35,987 bases of DNA, taken from a virus (taxonomy: Duplodnaviria > Caudoviricetes). A program made the position numbers and the translations under genes. The stretch's first letter is position 1. Each line of letters opens with the position of its first letter. The notes beneath the pieces are model-generated. The model searched no databases, had not been told where the DNA came from, and saw only the letters and a list, made by a program, of their open reading frames with translations. The stretch spans positions 1 to 35,987 of the IMG/VR virus record IMGVR_UViG_3300025718_000019; one strand, 5' to 3'. This document shows, one piece after another, positions 35,600 to 35,987 of this stretch.

Positions 35600-35628
35600 A
35601 AAGCTCGCCATTCGGTGGGCTTTTTTTT
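35600..35628 (+). terminator. Terminator after the antirepressor
   Basis: AAAGCTCGCC-ATTC-GGTGGGCTTT with a T8 run. Confidence 0.8.
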
Positions 35629-35630
35629 AT

Positions 35631-35665
35631 GTCCTTTTATCCCGTTCTGTTGCAGTCTAAATTTG
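35631..35665 (+). promoter_or_regulatory. Late-promoter motif, copy 6
   Basis: GTCCTTT-N20-TAAATTTG. Confidence 0.7.
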
Positions 35666-35691
35666 TGTCATACAATTAAAACCGATACAAA

Positions 35692-35987
35692 ATGGCAAAC
35701 GATTTAAAGCGTGGAATAAGGGTTTATCTGGAATCATCCGACTATGGTAAGGGTATTGAAGATATGATCGCCAAAACCAAGAAGTATGAAACTTCGCTTT
35801 CTGAACTTACTGATGAAAGTAAAAAAATGACTGCCGAGGGTACTAATTCCGGAAAGGCATGGGATGACCTTCAAACTAAAATAAAACGTACCGGCGACCA
35901 AGTAAAGAAAAGCCAGGCTGCCGAAGAGGAATATGCTGCCAAACTCAAACAAACCGAAAAAGTATTGAATAACCTTTCCGGTAATCT
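35692..35987 (+). CDS. 5' part of probable tape-measure protein (runs off the window)
   Basis: Open frame MANDLKRGIRVYLESSDYGKGIEDMIAKTKKYETSLSELT..., coiled-coil-like; absent from the ORF track because it has no stop in the window. Confidence 0.65.
   Translation, partial: MANDLKRGIRVYLESSDYGKGIEDMIAKTKKYETSLSELTDESKKMTAEGTNSGKAWDDLQTKIKRTGDQVKKSQAAEEEYAAKLKQTEKVLNNLSGN

Larger units (their letters stand above)
216..35987. mobile_element. Temperate tailed phage/prophage of a Bacteroidota host; right end outside the window
   Basis: Repressor switch, primase-helicase, S49 protease/capsid, terminase, portal, tail fibre and lysis genes in one block, with an att-like core at the left. No integrase is present in the window. 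Confidence 0.95.

Noticed and set aside
35734-35952. 72-aa hydrophobic minus-strand ORF
   Set aside because: Antisense shadow of the Lys/Glu-rich + strand ORF starting at 35692.

Overview
The window holds most of a temperate tailed phage (prophage or excised form) of a Bacteroidota host, judged from TAnnTTTG promoters and AT-rich translation starts; the phage continues past the right edge. From left to right: a tmRNA-3'-end-like att core with arm-like repeats; a CI/Cro-type switch; early genes including a LuxR-type regulator and a 1.3-kaa DnaG primase-helicase fusion; a nucleotide-modification/accessory block with an orphan DNA methyltransferase; an iteron-rich putative origin; head genes (S49 protease, scaffold, capsid); terminase; portal; tail and fibre genes; lysis genes (holin, CHAP endolysin, u-spanin-like); morons; a second HTH/antirepressor module; and the start of a probable tape-measure gene. 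The most unusual region is 9155-10468. It reads as a nested, integron-like cassette structure: TAAC...GTTA hairpin sites, an empty 97-bp cassette with self-complementary ends, and the methyltransferase gene sitting between GTGGAT direct repeats inside a perfect 17-bp inverted repeat in the loop of one such site. No integrase lies in the window. Other highlights are six copies of a GTCCTTT-N20-TAnnTTTG late-promoter motif, a structured RNA candidate next to the origin, and two 3'-UTR segments that look antisense to translation-initiation regions. Product calls come from motif recognition only; no database search or folding program was run.
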